DNA from: Candidatus Methanoperedenaceae archaeon
Lineage (GTDB): Archaea > Halobacteriota > Methanosarcinia > Methanosarcinales > Methanoperedenaceae
Assembly (NCBI GenBank): GCA_963753595.1
Contig: CAVWCX010000004.1
Span: forward strand, 27,929 to 91,928
Reading direction: 5' to 3'
Length of the DNA stretch: 64,000 nucleotides
Shown: positions 40,681 through 50,291 of the stretch, piece after piece
Position numbering within the stretch: the first letter of the stretch is position 1
How the letters are laid out: each line of letters begins with the position of its first letter
Position numbers and translations under genes: made by a program
Notes under the pieces: model-generated
Databases searched by the model: none
Told to the model about the DNA's origin: nothing
Seen by the model: only the letters and a program-made list of their open reading frames with translations

Positions 40681-42333
40681 ATGAAACCAAACAAATTGTT
40701 ATTCTTATATACGATTTTGCTGCTTGCTGCATTCATAGTGCCGGCGGTTGCAAATGAACAGAATATGGACATGGGAAATATGGATATGGGCAACACGCCT
40801 CCATCAGATCATGCCGCTACAACAAGTGAAGGCGGTCACACCATGGAAGGACAGGTCAACTGGTTAGTAATAGCTTTGTTCCTTCTTGCCATTGTGGCTT
40901 TAGGATTTGTTGCATTCAACACTGAGAAGCTCAAGAAAATAAATTTCCTTAACAATCCGCAGCTTAAAGCTCTTTTAAAAAGCAAATGGTATCCATTAAT
41001 ATTTGTTCTGCCAACAATGATAATATTTGGCCTCCTTGTCATCCAGCTATTTTTTGGCCCTGAAGAAACATCTCTTAATTTCGGGTCAGTAATGGTATGG
41101 ATACTGCTGTGGCCGATCTTGCCTGTCCTGTTCCTTGTATTCGGCAGGTTCTGGTGTTCAGTTTGCCCCCTATCACGAGTGAGTGATGAAGTGCAAAAAA
41201 ATGTGGGAATGCATAAGAAAGTGCCAAAATTCCTTCAGACTTATGGCGTCTGGATCATAATAATTGCTTTCCTGATAATAACCTGGGTTGATTCAGTACT
41301 CGGGCTTGTGGAAAATCCAAGGAACACCGGCTATCTCCTGCTTTTCGTGTTCACAGGCGTAGTCCTTATGGGCGCAGTATATGAAAGGAGAGCCTGGTGC
41401 CGTTATCTCTGTTTCCTCGGCGGCCTGTCAAGCAATTATTCCATGAGTTCGGCGCTTGAACTCCGGGCTGACACCGAGAAATGCAAGGCCTGCAAGACCC
41501 CGACATGTTTTAAAGGAGACGGGAAGGTTGACGGATGCTCAATGTTCGAGTACCCAAGAACCATGGACTCAAACAGGTCATGCAATTTCTGCTCAAACTG
41601 CATAAAGACATGCCAGCATGATGCTATCAGGATAACACCGCGCCCACCGACAAGTGAACTATGGTTCATAAAAAAGCCGCGGTTCGAGGAATCTTTCCTT
41701 GCAACAGCTCTTATCGGGATAGTGGTTGTACAGACTCTGGTCATGCTCCAGGTATGGGTTCCGTTCATGGAATGGTTCGAGAATACGACTGGCATCGTCA
41801 ATTTCACGATCGCGTGGACAATAATATTTGCAGCAGCTATGCTAATACCTCTCTTGCTGATGCTGGGTGCAAGCTTTATTTCAAGCATAATACCAAAAGA
41901 AACATCGAAATCCAATCTTGTATCTGACCCGTCAGCGCAAATGAATATTGATATGGATGTTCCTGCGGAAACAACACTTTCCAACTTCATTCGCTATGGA
42001 TATGCTCTTATCCCCCTTGGACTCGGAATACACCTTGCTCACAATGCAAAGCATTTCCTGGGTGAAGGGTTTTCTGTTATATATACCTCAGCTTCACTTG
42101 TGGGATGGAATATTACAGGTGATCCATCGATCCTGAATATGCCCACGATACAGATAATCCAGTATATTCTTTCAGTACTGGGCATTCTGGGAGCTATTTA
42201 CACAGCATATAAGATTTCGCAGAATAATCCCAATTCGAAAGCATCGGTTTTGCCGTATATCGTGTTGATGCTGATGTTCGGATTGATAGCCCTGTGGATG
42301 TACAGCGTACCCATGGCCGCACGCGGTCATTAA
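40681..42333 (+). CDS. Polytopic 4Fe-4S-binding membrane protein (NapH/NosR/RdxA-like) with Met/His-rich N-terminus
   Basis: GRFWCSVCP, RAWCRYLC and CNFCSNCIKTC; N-terminal MDMGNMDMG...H. Confidence 0.82.
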   Translation: MKPNKLLFLYTILLLAAFIVPAVANEQNMDMGNMDMGNTPPSDHAATTSEGGHTMEGQVNWLVIALFLLAIVALGFVAFNTEKLKKINFLNNPQLKALLKSKWYPLIFVLPTMIIFGLLVIQLFFGPEETSLNFGSVMVWILLWPILPVLFLVFGRFWCSVCPLSRVSDEVQKNVGMHKKVPKFLQTYGVWIIIIAFLIITWVDSVLGLVENPRNTGYLLLFVFTGVVLMGAVYERRAWCRYLCFLGGLSSNYSMSSALELRADTEKCKACKTPTCFKGDGKVDGCSMFEYPRTMDSNRSCNFCSNCIKTCQHDAIRITPRPPTSELWFIKKPRFEESFLATALIGIVVVQTLVMLQVWVPFMEWFENTTGIVNFTIAWTIIFAAAMLIPLLLMLGASFISSIIPKETSKSNLVSDPSAQMNIDMDVPAETTLSNFIRYGYALIPLGLGIHLAHNAKHFLGEGFSVIYTSASLVGWNITGDPSILNMPTIQIIQYILSVLGILGAIYTAYKISQNNPNSKASVLPYIVLMLMFGLIALWMYSVPMAARGH

Positions 42334-42374
42334 ACTGTCCTCTTTCTGAGGACACCTTTTTATTGCAAGTTTTT

Positions 42375-42668
42375 TTATCCTCCACAGAACCCATAAACAA
42401 ATTCAACAGTATCCCCATCATGTAATTCATGTTCCAGCATATTTTTCGGCGCTGAACCATTAATAAAAACCATGCAGGCATTCAATTGATCGCCAGCCAG
42501 GATCGTTTTATAGTTCGTCTCTATACCCTTATTCTTACCAGCTTCCATGATCCTGATATCTATTAAACGCAGCACATCCCCAAGTTTAGCTCCATCTGCA
42601 ACTTCAAAAAGATCAGTTGCTCCAACCAGTTCCTGCTGGGTAAAATCATAATTCACTGTTATTTTCAT
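42375..42668 (-). CDS. MoaD/ThiS ubiquitin-like (SAMP-type) protein
   Basis: VFING...ELHDGDTVEF and a C-terminal GG. Confidence 0.8.
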   Translation of the reverse strand: MKITVNYDFTQQELVGATDLFEVADGAKLGDVLRLIDIRIMEAGKNKGIETNYKTILAGDQLNACMVFINGSAPKNMLEHELHDGDTVEFVYGFCGG

Positions 42669-43476
42669 GGTTATCTATAACCAATCTGCGAAATTCAGTT
42701 CTCATCATCTTCAAGATACCATCTATCATATCGCCAACCTCAGGCAGCATTTTTAGAACTGTATAAGAGATCAGCATTAAAGCGATCAATGAGCCTGCCT
42801 TTGTTATAAAATGCTCTGAAATATGGAAGCTCTCTTCAGGTGTGCCAAACCAGCTTAATCCATAGGCTGAGGCGGTAAATGAGACCCTTAAAATATTCAG
42901 TATGTAGATCACGGGTACTGAGATAATAAATACCTGGAGTTTTTGCGAAGTCCTGGCGCCTGTAGCAGAAGAAATGATACCTGAGAACAGGGCGATACTT
43001 TCGATCGCTGTGCATGCAAGTATTATTTCAACAGGAAGACCATTGACGGCAAGCTTGTTCCATGCTATTTGTACAACCGGAAACCCGAATTTCTCCACAA
43101 GCCATATGCCCTGCCCAGTGACCGTTGAAATTATCCATGTATTTAATAACTCGACTTCTGCGAACATGAAATATATCAAACCGCCAACAGATGCAGCCCT
43201 TGATAATGAAATAAATACCTCATAGCCGCTTTTATCAATATTATTTTTTGCCTGGAATGTTATATGTGCTATAAAGAGGGAGGCAGCGGTCGCGGCAATT
43301 ACCAGGATGATATTTACATAGTCCTTAAGCTCAATATAACCCCCAAGCTGTCCTGACCAGTAGATGGAAAGGAATATCCAGCCAGAACCGCCAAAAATGA
43401 ACCTTGAATTAAAGGATTTAGGAAGGAATGATGCAATAACCAGAAGCACAAGTGAGATCCAGAGAGTTAGTGCCAT
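42646..43476 (-). CDS. artA: Archaeosortase A
   Basis: IILACTAIES, ILNILR and SFHISEHFITK motifs; multi-TM. Confidence 0.85.
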   Translation of the reverse strand: MALTLWISLVLLVIASFLPKSFNSRFIFGGSGWIFLSIYWSGQLGGYIELKDYVNIILVIAATAASLFIAHITFQAKNNIDKSGYEVFISLSRAASVGGLIYFMFAEVELLNTWIISTVTGQGIWLVEKFGFPVVQIAWNKLAVNGLPVEIILACTAIESIALFSGIISSATGARTSQKLQVFIISVPVIYILNILRVSFTASAYGLSWFGTPEESFHISEHFITKAGSLIALMLISYTVLKMLPEVGDMIDGILKMMRTEFRRLVIDNHENNSEL

Positions 43477-43591
43477 AATATTACCTGGTTTCCAATATTT
43501 TTCTCATTGTCCACCGATTTGATATGCATTACGGCCTGTTTCACGATCGATATTTGATAGTCTATATCAGGTGGATCTTGTATTGGTATCG

Positions 43592-43783
43592 TTACCAGAA
43601 CTTCCACCAGGGTTTTTTCTCACCCATACTTACAGGTCGGCTTTTGCTGTATTTTTCAGGTTCGGAATCAAATGCTTTCTTACATCCGGGAGCACAGAAA
43701 TAATAGGTCTTTCCTTTGTATTCTGATTTGTACTGTGCTGTATTCTCATCGACCTGCATTCCACAAATTGGATCAATCTGCAT
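43592..43783 (-). CDS. YHS/TRASH-type metal-binding protein
   Basis: DPICGM...YYFCAPGCKKAF...PEKY. Confidence 0.9.
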   Translation of the reverse strand: MQIDPICGMQVDENTAQYKSEYKGKTYYFCAPGCKKAFDSEPEKYSKSRPVSMGEKKPWWKFW

Positions 43784-43835
43784 ATAATTTATTTCTCCTT
43801 TTATGATTTACACTAGTTTCTTTACATATTTGAAC

Positions 43836-43852
43836 TTTACGTCTGGTGTAAC
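43836..43852. promoter_or_regulatory. Fourth operator-like palindrome, upstream of the YHS gene
   Basis: TTTACG-TCTGG-TGTAAC, extended by flanking GAAC...GTTC. Confidence 0.55.
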
Positions 43853-43955
43853 GTTCTATATAGTTTATGGTGGGTCAGAGGCGGTTATAGAAATAAGAGC
43901 ATATCGTTATCACTTTGCGTCCTTTGTAGTTTATGATTTTTGTTCCCGCAAAGAA

Positions 43956-44027
43956 TGGACCCGGCGGGATTCGAACCCGCGGCCTTTGCGTTGCGAACGC
44001 AACGATCTACCCCTGATCTACAGGCCC
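43956..44027 (-). tRNA. tRNA-Ala (anticodon CGC)
   Basis: Cloverleaf GGGCCTG...TTGCG-TTCGCAA-CGCAA...GGTTCGAATCC...CGGGTCCA with a G3:U70 pair; no encoded CCA. Confidence 0.95.
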
Positions 44028-44048
44028 GAAAAATAGGGAAATGGGTGG

Positions 44049-44315
44049 TTACATCCTGCCCAGTTCTTCCACTGAAACGCTTTCAACACCGTTGACTTTG
44101 CTGAATTCTTCTTCGACCTTTTCAGTTCCGCCTTCGATATCGCCGACTTTTACAACTACCATTAAGGCTTTTAAGCCGAATGCTACAGGTTCTTCTGAGA
44201 ATCCGTGAATTCGCGCTCCCTTGGGGATAACCTTTGTCAGGTCTTCTTTGAGTTTATTAAGATCAACATCCATGCCTGAAGGCATTACTCTTATTTTTGC
44301 TGCTACTTCTCCCAT
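44049..44315 (-). CDS. ef1b: Translation elongation factor aEF-1beta
   Basis: MGEVAAKIRVMP...EEPVAFGLKAL; the true start is the ATG at 44315. Confidence 0.93.
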   Translation of the reverse strand: MGEVAAKIRVMPSGMDVDLNKLKEDLTKVIPKGARIHGFSEEPVAFGLKALMVVVKVGDIEGGTEKVEEEFSKVNGVESVSVEELGRM

Positions 44316-44320
44316 TATCC

Positions 44321-44494
44321 TCACGGCCCTTCGAATCCGCATCCAGGGCATTTATATGAATTGCTCTGGTGCCTGCAGTCTGCACATCTTCCTAACTCAT
44401 TACCGCATTGCGGGCATGGGAATCTGGCATAACCACGTTCAATAAGATTTATTCCGCATGAAACACAAATTGTTGCTTTTTCTTTTCTTGGCAT
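44321..44494 (-). CDS. Small double Zn-finger protein (DUF1610/HVO_2753-like; missing from the ORF track)
   Basis: CVSCG...FPCPQCG...RCADCR...[11 protein letters not shown]; conserved position upstream of aEF-1beta. Confidence 0.9.
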   Translation of the reverse strand: MPRKEKATICVSCGINLIERGYARFPCPQCGNELGRCADCRHQSNSYKCPGCGFEGP

Positions 44495-44544
44495 AATATT
44501 CTCCTTATGTTGGGTCTTCCATACACATCCGAAAGCTATTAAAT

Positions 44545-45144
44545 TTATCCTTTAATAAGAGTCCCGGAAATATTACCTTTTAATGCATTTAACACCCTTC
44601 CCGGACAATTTCCATTAATGATCTCGCAATCCATGTTATTTTTCATAAGATATTCCGGAAGTTCTGCATCCACACAGGTCTCAATACCAATGAGTTCCTC
44701 TGCTTTTAGCTCATTTTGAAGTGTACCGTTCAGGTAAATACCATCAACATCCGTGACTTTGATATACCTTGCACTTAGTTTGAACGCGATCCATGCCGCA
44801 ATTGTGTCTGAGGTCACATCCCATGTGTGGGAAAGTTCATCATTGCTCTTAAGGAGGTTGTATGGAAGTAAAACATAAGTACCATTTCCAGGAATTTTCA
44901 GGTTGTCAATGAGCTTTGCATCAGTTCCATCAGCCAGATAATACCCATATTGCTCCATCGCGAGTATTGCCATCCAGTGCGCAGCTTCGTCCGAGGGATT
45001 GACTTTGCGCACGGTGTCCGCGAATATTGAGCCCCCGGGGACGATGAGAATAGTTTCCCCGGTCGAACTGGTGTATTCGATCAGGTCTTTAATAATTCTT
45101 TTTGCGCTATGGATCAGGCTTCCGCCGAGTTTTAGTATTATCAT
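44545..45144 (-). CDS. Amino-acid-kinase family protein (MfnE-like, methanofuran biosynthesis)
   Basis: [27 protein letters not shown] and WDVTSD motifs. Confidence 0.75.
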   Translation of the reverse strand: MIILKLGGSLIHSAKRIIKDLIEYTSSTGETILIVPGGSIFADTVRKVNPSDEAAHWMAILAMEQYGYYLADGTDAKLIDNLKIPGNGTYVLLPYNLLKSNDELSHTWDVTSDTIAAWIAFKLSARYIKVTDVDGIYLNGTLQNELKAEELIGIETCVDAELPEYLMKNNMDCEIINGNCPGRVLNALKGNISGTLIKG

Positions 45145-45330
45145 GATTTTACGATCGGGTTCATTCTCGCACCATTGTAACCGACGTTATGGTTTATTGT
45201 TATATATAAAATGCGGATGTTTCGCCCCAAAATCGCACTCATGGAACTGGATAAAAATTTTAAAAAAAAATCATTGTGCAGGTTGCTAAATTTGATATAA
45301 AGCAACCCAACAATCAGCGATCCAGACTTA

Positions 45331-45705
45331 CTATTTCCCCAATTCTTTCAATCGCTCAAGGTTTGCCTTTGCCTCATCAACAGCTTTTTTCTGCTGTTTT
45401 TCAAGCTGGGCAACGATCTCCTTAAAATCAACTTTAAGCGAATATATCTTGTATGGTCTTCCTTTTCCGGGCGTCTTCTCTTCCCGTTCATCTATCCAGT
45501 CGCGTTCTTTTAACTGCCTCATGGCAATACTGACTTCAGGCTGGCGTAACCTGGCTACTCTTTCGAGATCTACCGAGGTTGCAGAATTCATATTCTGAAG
45601 ATAGGTAAGGCTCATTGCGACATTTCGGCTCATTCCAAGGGAAATAAGAATATCTGCGATCTCTTCGTCTTTTTCATCTAACTGTTTGATCTTAAGGGCT
45701 TTCAT
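45331..45705 (-). CDS. Winged-HTH transcriptional regulator
   Basis: LRQPEVSIAM...GKGRPYKIY. Confidence 0.85.
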   Translation of the reverse strand: MKALKIKQLDEKDEEIADILISLGMSRNVAMSLTYLQNMNSATSVDLERVARLRQPEVSIAMRQLKERDWIDEREEKTPGKGRPYKIYSLKVDFKEIVAQLEKQQKKAVDEAKANLERLKELGK

Positions 45706-45783
45706 ATTGACTCCAGAAATATATTATGTTTCGATATTATTTTAATCTTTCGATATGAAAAATAATAACTGGTCTGTGAAATC

Positions 45784-46320
45784 CTATAATCCCAGTTCTG
45801 CTCTCTTCAAATCGCTCTTCTTCTTCTCAAGGAACGAATAAACCGGGCCATGGGCTGAACCTTCAAGAAGCATATTGATACCCGTTCTCGCTACTGTATT
45901 CTGTTCCGGATACCCGATCAAGCTTACTGTTTTTCCATAAACAGAGATATGCGCGTTGGTAAGGGTCTCAAATATCTCCCTTGTTTTTCCATCCTTCCCG
46001 ATGAGTCTTCCTCTTATCCTCATGAGGTCTTTTTCTGTTCTTGCAATATTTGATAGGTCAATTGTCTCAAACATAAGAAGGTCATGGTCAAACAATTTCA
46101 AGGCTTTTTCAGGACTGAATCCCCTTGCTATAGCCTGTACGACTTCCTTTGCGCGCATTCCCATAAGGGGGTCTGTCGGGTTTGATATTTCCACATCCCC
46201 GCTCTCGCTGTCAATATTTAACGTTGCAGTTGATTTTTCTTCAATGAGTTCTTTAGTCTGGCCTTTCGGGCCAACAAGGACCGCCACTCTTTCAAACGGT
46301 ATTTTAATATGCTCTGTCAT
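45784..46320 (-). CDS. KH-domain pre-rRNA processing protein (Dim2/Pno1)
   Basis: AIARGFSPE, GRLIGKDGKTR and GSAHGPVY motifs. Confidence 0.92.
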   Translation of the reverse strand: MTEHIKIPFERVAVLVGPKGQTKELIEEKSTATLNIDSESGDVEISNPTDPLMGMRAKEVVQAIARGFSPEKALKLFDHDLLMFETIDLSNIARTEKDLMRIRGRLIGKDGKTREIFETLTNAHISVYGKTVSLIGYPEQNTVARTGINMLLEGSAHGPVYSFLEKKKSDLKRAELGL

Positions 46321-47117
46321 TGTTCTTCCTCTTTATTTTTCTTTATAATTGAAATCATATCATCTTCATTTACCGGAATATTTAATTTTCCGAAAAAGCG
46401 TGCGATATTTGCAACATCGCGCCGCAGGTAAGTTTCTGCATTGAAATGACTGGTCAGGACCGACTGTCCCATGTCAATTATCACGGGTTCCATCTTATTC
46501 ATATCTACCAGTATATTGTATTCACTAAGATCTGCATGGACAAGTTTTGCCCTTGAATATAACCTGTTCATATAATCGACCAGCAGGTTAAAAATATGTG
46601 ATGCTTCCTCGGTTGTCAGTTTAACATCTTTCAGTTGAGGCATCGGAACACCGTCTTTCCCGATAAATTCCATTAACAGGATGTTTCTTTGAGTGATAAA
46701 GGGTTTTGGCACCCTTACTCCCGCTTCTTCGGCTCTTTTTAAGTTCTTGTATTCTTTTTTTGTCCATGCAAGAATGATATCTTTCCTGGCATGCCTGATC
46801 CCCTGGAACCGCGGGTCTCCCAGGATGTAGTCTTTCATGGAATTAAAATTAGCAGTGGATATCAGGTAAATCTTTACTGCGACTTCAGAGATATCATCTT
46901 TTTTTGCTATTGCATGGAAAAGATTTGCTTCTTTCCCGGTACTGAAACAACCTCCAAGCGCATCAATATAACCTTTTTTTGAAAGGTCATAGAGAGCCAT
47001 CAAAGTGGCTGTGTCAAAAACATCGTCAAATACTTGTTTATGGTCTGAATCCTTCAAACGCATGCGGAATTCATCGACTTTCTCATCCATGCGGGAAAGC
47101 TTCTTATCACTGGCCAT
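46317..47117 (-). CDS. rio1: Serine/threonine kinase Rio1
   Basis: STGKEAN, LVHADLSEYNIL and IIDMGQ motifs. Confidence 0.93.
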   Translation of the reverse strand: MASDKKLSRMDEKVDEFRMRLKDSDHKQVFDDVFDTATLMALYDLSKKGYIDALGGCFSTGKEANLFHAIAKKDDISEVAVKIYLISTANFNSMKDYILGDPRFQGIRHARKDIILAWTKKEYKNLKRAEEAGVRVPKPFITQRNILLMEFIGKDGVPMPQLKDVKLTTEEASHIFNLLVDYMNRLYSRAKLVHADLSEYNILVDMNKMEPVIIDMGQSVLTSHFNAETYLRRDVANIARFFGKLNIPVNEDDMISIIKKNKEEEQ

Positions 47118-47126
47118 AGACTTAAT

Positions 47127-47441
47127 TTAACTTTTCAAAAAACCTTTTCTCTCAAGCCAGTTTACCTGTGGGCCGCTGTATTTCCAGATGATATCAGCTT
47201 TTTCGGTCTGGAAAGACCATGGCACAACTATAACAACATCCCCTTCCCTTATCCAGGTACTTTTTTTCATTTTTCCGGGAATGCGAGTGATCCTTACTAC
47301 GCCATCCATACACCTTACGCGCAGTTTATTAGCCCCCAACAGACTTTCAACAGTCCCCAGCACTTCGCCGGCCTTTTTTTGTGGCACCCGAACTCTTGTA
47401 AATTCTTCCGGTTGCTGGCTGTTATTGTCTCGCCTATTCAG
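47127..47441 (-). CDS. eif1a: Translation initiation factor aIF1A (probable CTG start)
   Basis: TRVRVP...LGAN...CMDG...[14 protein letters not shown]...PW. GAGGTG lies 5 nt before the CTG at 47441. Confidence 0.9.
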   Translation of the reverse strand: MNRRDNNSQQPEEFTRVRVPQKKAGEVLGTVESLLGANKLRVRCMDGVVRITRIPGKMKKSTWIREGDVVIVVPWSFQTEKADIIWKYSGPQVNWLERKGFLKS

Positions 47442-47587
47442 TTTAACACCTCTTCATTCATACTCTTTATTGTCTTGGCTGTATGTAAAGGTTACTGATA
47501 ATATAATATATAAAATAATATATAAACAACATTTAAAAATTATCCGATACTTATTTTAGAAACTAATTTAATGAAGTCTTATTAAAA

Positions 47588-49177
47588 ATGTCTGAAATAT
47601 CTATTCTCGGAATTGAAGGGACGGCATGGAACCTGAGCGCAGCAATTGTTGATGAAAAAGATGTTATTGTAGAAACCACAGCCACTTATCGTCCCGCTGC
47701 CGGCGGCATTCATCCCCGTGAGGCTGCACAGCATCATGCAAATCATATTACAAAAGTAGTGAGTGAGACCCTGGAGAAAGGAGGTCGAAAAGTAGACGCA
47801 GTGGCATTTTCACAGGGTCCAGGACTTGGGCCTTGTCTTCGTACGGTTGCAACAGCGGCAAGGGCACTTGCATTATCGCTTGATGTTCCTCTAATCGGAG
47901 TGAACCACTGCATTGCGCATATTGAAGTAGGAAGATGGAAAACGCAGGCGTTAGACCCTGTGACATTATACGTAAGCGGAGCAAATTCTCAGGTGCTGGC
48001 ATACAGGAGGAATCATTACAGGGTTTTCGGGGAAACTCTTGATATCGGTATCGGAAACGCCCTTGATAAGTTCGCAAGGTCGGTCGGGTTGGCGCATCCC
48101 GGAGGACCAAAAGTAGAAGATCTCGCAATGAAGGCTTCAAAATACATCCCGTTGCCATATACTGTAAAGGGAATGGATTTCTCATTCTCAGGATTGACAA
48201 CAGCAGCGCAGGAATCGGCAAAAAAATACCCTCTGCCTGATGTATGCCATTCATTCCAGGAAACTGCTTTTGCAATGCTTGTGGAAGTAACCGAACGCGC
48301 TGTTGCGCATACAGGAAAACAAGAAGTCCTGCTTGCAGGCGGCGTGGGAGCGAATTCACGCCTGCGCCAGATGCTCACGATCATGTGTGAGGACCGGGGT
48401 ATTGATTTTTATGTTCCTGAAAAGAGGTTCATGGGCGATAACGGCGCCATGATCGCTTATCTTGGCCTTTTGATGTATAAATCAGGATACAGGACATCGA
48501 TCGCGGAGTCTAAGGTCAATCCCAATTTCAGGCCTGATGAAGCAGTTGTGAGGTGGAACCCTCAAGTCGTTGATACATCCAGGGAACAAATCCCTGGCCA
48601 GCATGGAAAAATCGTAAGCGGCGCCGAAGCTGTGATCACACTTTCAGGAACCACGATCCTCAAAACAAGGATATTGAAACAGTACCGCCTCAATGAAATA
48701 GATGAGACCTTACGCAGGGAAAGGACACGTTCAGAAGCAAGATTAATTTCAGAAGCGAGGCGATGCGGTGTGCCAACTCCTATCATCAGGGATGTAACGG
48801 ATTTTGAAATAAAAATGGAATACATAGAAGGGACAGCTTTGAAAAAAGTGATAACACCTTCATTGAGCGAGCAGACAGGAGAACTGATCGGGCGCCTGCA
48901 TACTTATGGAATAATTCACGGCGACCTTACCACTTCCAATATTTTATTCAAGGATGGCAAACTTTACCTGATCGATTTCGGGCTTGCTTATCTTGATAAA
49001 ACTGTGGAAGCACGGGGGGTTGATGTGCATGTGCTTTTCCAGACATTTGAGAGCACACATGAGAACCATGAAGAGATGATTGAGGCTTTCAAAAAAGGAT
49101 ATGCCCGGACATTTGCGGGGGGGGAGGAGGTCATGAAAAGAGTAAGGGAAATTGAGTCAAGGGGAAGGTACGCATAA
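47588..49177 (+). CDS. kae1: Bifunctional Kae1/Bud32 (KEOPS) t6A synthase/kinase
   Basis: GIEGTA, GGIHPREAA, VNHCIAH and DNGAMIA, followed by the kinase motifs HGDLTTSN and IDFGL. Confidence 0.95.
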   Translation: MSEISILGIEGTAWNLSAAIVDEKDVIVETTATYRPAAGGIHPREAAQHHANHITKVVSETLEKGGRKVDAVAFSQGPGLGPCLRTVATAARALALSLDVPLIGVNHCIAHIEVGRWKTQALDPVTLYVSGANSQVLAYRRNHYRVFGETLDIGIGNALDKFARSVGLAHPGGPKVEDLAMKASKYIPLPYTVKGMDFSFSGLTTAAQESAKKYPLPDVCHSFQETAFAMLVEVTERAVAHTGKQEVLLAGGVGANSRLRQMLTIMCEDRGIDFYVPEKRFMGDNGAMIAYLGLLMYKSGYRTSIAESKVNPNFRPDEAVVRWNPQVVDTSREQIPGQHGKIVSGAEAVITLSGTTILKTRILKQYRLNEIDETLRRERTRSEARLISEARRCGVPTPIIRDVTDFEIKMEYIEGTALKKVITPSLSEQTGELIGRLHTYGIIHGDLTTSNILFKDGKLYLIDFGLAYLDKTVEARGVDVHVLFQTFESTHENHEEMIEAFKKGYARTFAGGEEVMKRVREIESRGRYA

Positions 49178-49308
49178 TGAAATAGTAGGATCAAAGCTCT
49201 CAAAAATCTCCCGTATCAACTTCTTTTTTCCGCAAAACAATTCAATGAAATCGCCCCAGCCCACCGAAATATTTTTAATGCATTGTTCCAATTTTAAGAA
49301 GGAGATTC

Positions 49309-49434
49309 ATGAGGGAAAAATATCTTGGAATAACAATCGGGATTATTTTGGTCGCAGTAACAATTGCCATAACATCAGCGCTTCCAAAAGCAAATGCGCT
49401 GCAATATCTAAGTATATGGACGAACAGCAACTAA
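49309..49434 (+). pseudogene. Orphan signal-peptide ORF (likely the 5' stub of a secreted protein gene)
   Basis: AAGGAG RBS followed by MREKYLGITIGIILVAVTIAITSALPKANALQYLSIWTNSN*. Confidence 0.5.
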
Positions 49435-50234
49435 AAACAATGTTAAAAGAGACCTTCGACACCGTATCAATTGGATACGACAGCAAATCGCTCCGTTTCT
49501 TCCAGTCAAGCTCGCAGAACATGGCTGCCCTTCTCGGACTGCAAGGTAATGAGAATGTGCTCGATGTTGCCTGTGGAACCGGAAATGCGGCGCTGGCTAT
49601 TGCTAAATTCCTGCCGGCCGGACGGGTGACAGCCGTGGATTTCTCATCAGGCATGCTCGGCCAGGCGCGGCGTAAGGCGGCTTTACTCGATATCCGTAAT
49701 GTCGAGTTCATGGAGCGGGACATGCAAAACCTGAATTTCCCGGATGGTATCTTCGATGTCGCTGTTTGCGCCTTTGGCATCTTCTTTGTAGAAGACATGG
49801 AAAGCCAGCTTTCCCATATCGCCTCTGGGATCAAACCCAGCGGCAGGATCATGATCTCTAATTTTCAGGAAAATTACTTTCACCCGTTGAAAGACATGTT
49901 CTACAAACGACTTGAGGCATACGGTGTACACATGCCCCCCCAGACCTGGAAACGCATCGCATCTGAGATGGGCTGCATTCAGCTCTTTGAACATGCCGGA
50001 CTTACGAATATCACCGTCACAACCAAAAACGTAGGCTATCACCTGGACAACTCCCGGCAGTGGTGGGATGTGGTCTGGAATGGGGGGTTTCGCCGGATGG
50101 TGAACCAGCTTTCGACGAATGACCAGGAACGGTTCAAACGCGAGCACCTGGATGAAATTGAAGCCCTCAGAACCAGGGACGGTATATGGCTGGACGTGGG
50201 TGTGCTTTACACTTGTGGGACGAAGAGGGGATAA
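49416..50234 (+). CDS. Class I SAM-dependent methyltransferase (UbiE-like)
   Basis: VLDVACGTG, VDFSSGML and FDVAVCAFGIFF motifs; likely start MDEQQ at 49416. Confidence 0.88.
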   Translation: MDEQQLKTMLKETFDTVSIGYDSKSLRFFQSSSQNMAALLGLQGNENVLDVACGTGNAALAIAKFLPAGRVTAVDFSSGMLGQARRKAALLDIRNVEFMERDMQNLNFPDGIFDVAVCAFGIFFVEDMESQLSHIASGIKPSGRIMISNFQENYFHPLKDMFYKRLEAYGVHMPPQTWKRIASEMGCIQLFEHAGLTNITVTTKNVGYHLDNSRQWWDVVWNGGFRRMVNQLSTNDQERFKREHLDEIEALRTRDGIWLDVGVLYTCGTKRG

Positions 50235-50291
50235 AGAAATGAAGATGAAAAATGATCGGATCAATAATTGATCTTATTTCGAAGGGTTAGC

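Noticed and set aside
43900-44027. tRNA-Ala as attachment site of an integrated element covering the 33-44 kb accessory region
   Set aside because: No duplicated tRNA 3' end and no integrase were found by eye.
49152-49415. N-terminal extension of the methyltransferase in the ORF track
   Set aside because: It overlaps kae1-bud32 and a better RBS-led stub in another frame; the recognisable domain begins at 49416.
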